From Gaiellaceae bacterium (GTDB lineage: Bacteria > Actinomycetota > Thermoleophilia > Gaiellales > Gaiellaceae): DNA of 64,000 nt. A program made the translations under genes and the position numbers. Below are positions 62,582-64,000 of this stretch, piece by piece. Location of the stretch: positions 23,182 through 87,181 of the forward strand of contig DATIBF010000053.1 of assembly GCA_035457655.1 (NCBI GenBank), in the 5' to 3' direction. The first letter of the stretch is position 1. Each line of letters begins with the position of its first letter. The notes below the pieces were generated by a model. That model was not told where the DNA came from. It searched no databases and saw only the letters and a list, made by a program, of their open reading frames with translations.

Positions 62582-63702
62582 GCGGCCCGCTGAGCTCCGG
62601 GCGGCGCAGGCGGCTCACCTCCTATGTCCTCGCCACCGCGGTGACGGTGGCCTTCGCGTACCTCGCCGTGCGCGACGTCGACGTCGCCGAGCTCGGCCGG
62701 TCATTACGCGAGAGCAACTACTGGTATCTCGTACCCGCGTTCGCCCTCCTGGCTCTTGCCTTCTTCATGCGCGTCCTCCGCTGGCGCTCGTTGTTCTCCC
62801 CCCGGACGCGACCCGGTCTGTGGCCGCTCTCGAAGGCGCTCCTGCTCGGTCAATTCTTGAACAACGTTCTCCCCTTCCGAGCGGGTGACGCGGCTCGTGT
62901 CGTCGTCTTGCGATCGTTCGGCGGCCCGTCCCGGGTCGAGACGGCCGGGACCGTCGTCGTCGAGCGGATCTTCGACGTTCTCGCGCTCCTCCTGCTCCTC
63001 TTCGTTTCTTTGCCGTGGCTTCCCGAGGTGACGTGGATCCAGGCGGCGGGCACGCTCGCGATCGCGTTCGTCGTCCTCGTGGCAGCCGCAGTCGTCGTCT
63101 TGCGCGTGTACGGCGAGAGAGCCGTCGGTTTCGTCCTGCGTCCGCTGGTCCGCCTTCCCTTCCTCTCACCGAAGCGCGTCGAGGCGGCCGTCCGAAATCT
63201 GACCGTGGGAGTCATCGCCCTACGGAGCGCGCGTGTCGGGCTCGTCGGCTTTGCCTGGACGCTGCTCTCGTGGGTCGTCTTCGGCTTCTCGTTCTGGTTC
63301 GTCATGCTCGGATTCGATCTCGGGCTGTGGCCGGAGGCAGGCGTCTTCGTCGTCATCACGACCGGACTGTCCCACCTCCTTCCGTCGGCGCCGGCCGCGG
63401 TTGGCGTGTTCGAGGCCGCGGCCGTCGTGGCGTTGATCGCCTACGGGATCCCGCGCGCGGAGGCGCTCTCATACGCGCTCGTCGTGCACGCGCTTAGCGT
63501 GCTCCCGTTCGTGGCGGCGGGCCTCCTTCTCGTCAGCCTGCGTGGGCGCGACCAGGGTCTTCGCGCCGAGGAATCGGCTTTCCAGGCCTCCGGTCCCTCC
63601 GTGCTTCGCGGAGACCGGGAGCGGGCGGGCGACGACGAGGACGACGTCACCCAGCCAGCCAACCGGCAGCCTGAAGTCGACCAGGCTCGTGAGTCGCGCT
63701 GA
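62578..63702 (+). CDS. UPF0104 / lysyl-PG-synthase-TM-like (flippase-like) membrane protein
   Basis: The GTG overlaps the upstream stop (GTGA). FFMRVLRWRSLF, LLLGQFLNNVLPFRAGDAARV and about 8 TM helices. Confidence 0.75.
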   Translation: MSGPLSSGRRRRLTSYVLATAVTVAFAYLAVRDVDVAELGRSLRESNYWYLVPAFALLALAFFMRVLRWRSLFSPRTRPGLWPLSKALLLGQFLNNVLPFRAGDAARVVVLRSFGGPSRVETAGTVVVERIFDVLALLLLLFVSLPWLPEVTWIQAAGTLAIAFVVLVAAAVVVLRVYGERAVGFVLRPLVRLPFLSPKRVEAAVRNLTVGVIALRSARVGLVGFAWTLLSWVVFGFSFWFVMLGFDLGLWPEAGVFVVITTGLSHLLPSAPAAVGVFEAAAVVALIAYGIPRAEALSYALVVHALSVLPFVAAGLLLVSLRGRDQGLRAEESAFQASGPSVLRGDRERAGDDEDDVTQPANRQPEVDQARESR

Positions 63703-64000
63703 GGCCTCGCCGCCCCGCCCGAGGCTCGACTTCATCCGGTTGGCGACATACGAGAGGTGGAACGAGCGGGGGACGAGCGCCCACTCCACCATCCTGTAGC
63801 CCGCCGAGCGTAGAAGCGCCTCGACCGTGGCGGGTGTGAAGTAGTGCAGGTGGGGACGGATCAGCCAAGGCCATCTCTCTCCTCGCAGCCTCGCGTGGAG
63901 GCCTGCGAGGTTGATCGTGGAGAGCGTGAGCAGGCCCTCGTCGTCGAGCAGCGTCCGAAGTCTCCGGAGCGCGTCGAGCGGATCCACGAGGTGCTCGAGG
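63469..64000 (-). CDS. Class I SAM-dependent methyltransferase, C-terminal part (5' end beyond the right edge of the window)
   Basis: The frame is open to nt 64000 (LEHLVDPLDALRRLRTLLDDEGLLTLST, HLHYFTPATVEALLRSAGY and VVLVVARP). Confidence 0.7.
   Translation of the reverse strand, partial: LEHLVDPLDALRRLRTLLDDEGLLTLSTINLAGLHARLRGERWPWLIRPHLHYFTPATVEALLRSAGYRMVEWALVPRSFHLSYVANRMKSSLGRGGEASARLTSLVDFRLPVGWLGDVVLVVARPLPVSAKHGGTGGLESRFLGAKTLVAPTQADEKEARRHEREHAKRVHDERV

Overview
This is a very GC-rich bacterial chromosomal window, with third codon positions almost uniformly G/C. Gene content and several leaderless-looking starts suggest a deep-branching Actinobacteria-like organism, but that is only a guess. 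I can support about 62 protein-coding genes, nearly all on the + strand and many translationally coupled through ATGA, GTGA or TGATG overlaps. By eye I found no rRNA, tRNA, CRISPR array, transposase, integrase or recognisable defence genes. Most long antisense or alternate-frame ORFs in the track are Arg/Pro/Gly/Ser-rich artefacts of the GC content.

Gene blocks, left to right:
- 1-6.5 kb: tail of an M36 protease, a lipid kinase, a 2-oxoacid dehydrogenase E1alpha/E1beta/E2 operon without E3, and two tandem CHRD proteins.
- 6.6-15.7 kb: envelope and maintenance genes. These are an SDH-type protease, an NPP/AlkP-family enzyme, pcm, a PRC-barrel protein, GtrA plus two DUF2029/GT87-like membrane glycosyltransferases, a YmdB-like phosphoesterase and an M23 peptidase.
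- 15.8-19 kb: a frameshifted lipoprotein gene, then hemB and hemL.
- 19.3-29.1 kb: a futalosine-route menaquinone supercluster (UbiD-type decarboxylase, ubiX, ubiE/menG, polyprenyl synthase, mqnE, mqnA, mqnC). The menaquinol:cytochrome c reductase genes (Rieske, cytochrome b, subunit IV-cytochrome c fusion) are embedded in it.
- 29-41.6 kb: mixed envelope, sugar and housekeeping genes.
- 41.6-64 kb: the most interesting part, a sulfur-centred envelope island. An operon couples sat-cysC-cysH to ComA plus an Fe-S hydro-lyase pair and a truncated flavoprotein, with no ComB. It is followed by three sulfotransferases (one fused to a GT2), several GT-C-like polytopic membrane proteins, a Wzx-like flippase, and a UDP-sulfoquinovose synthase (sqdB). 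The sqdB gene heads an operon with a membrane-anchored GT2, a large polytopic protein and a UPF0104 flippase-like protein.

I propose two candidate undescribed systems: a non-canonical ComA-initiated sulfonate pathway, and a lipid-carrier-dependent extracytoplasmic sulfoquinovosylation system. All functional calls rest on motif recognition by eye. No searches were run.
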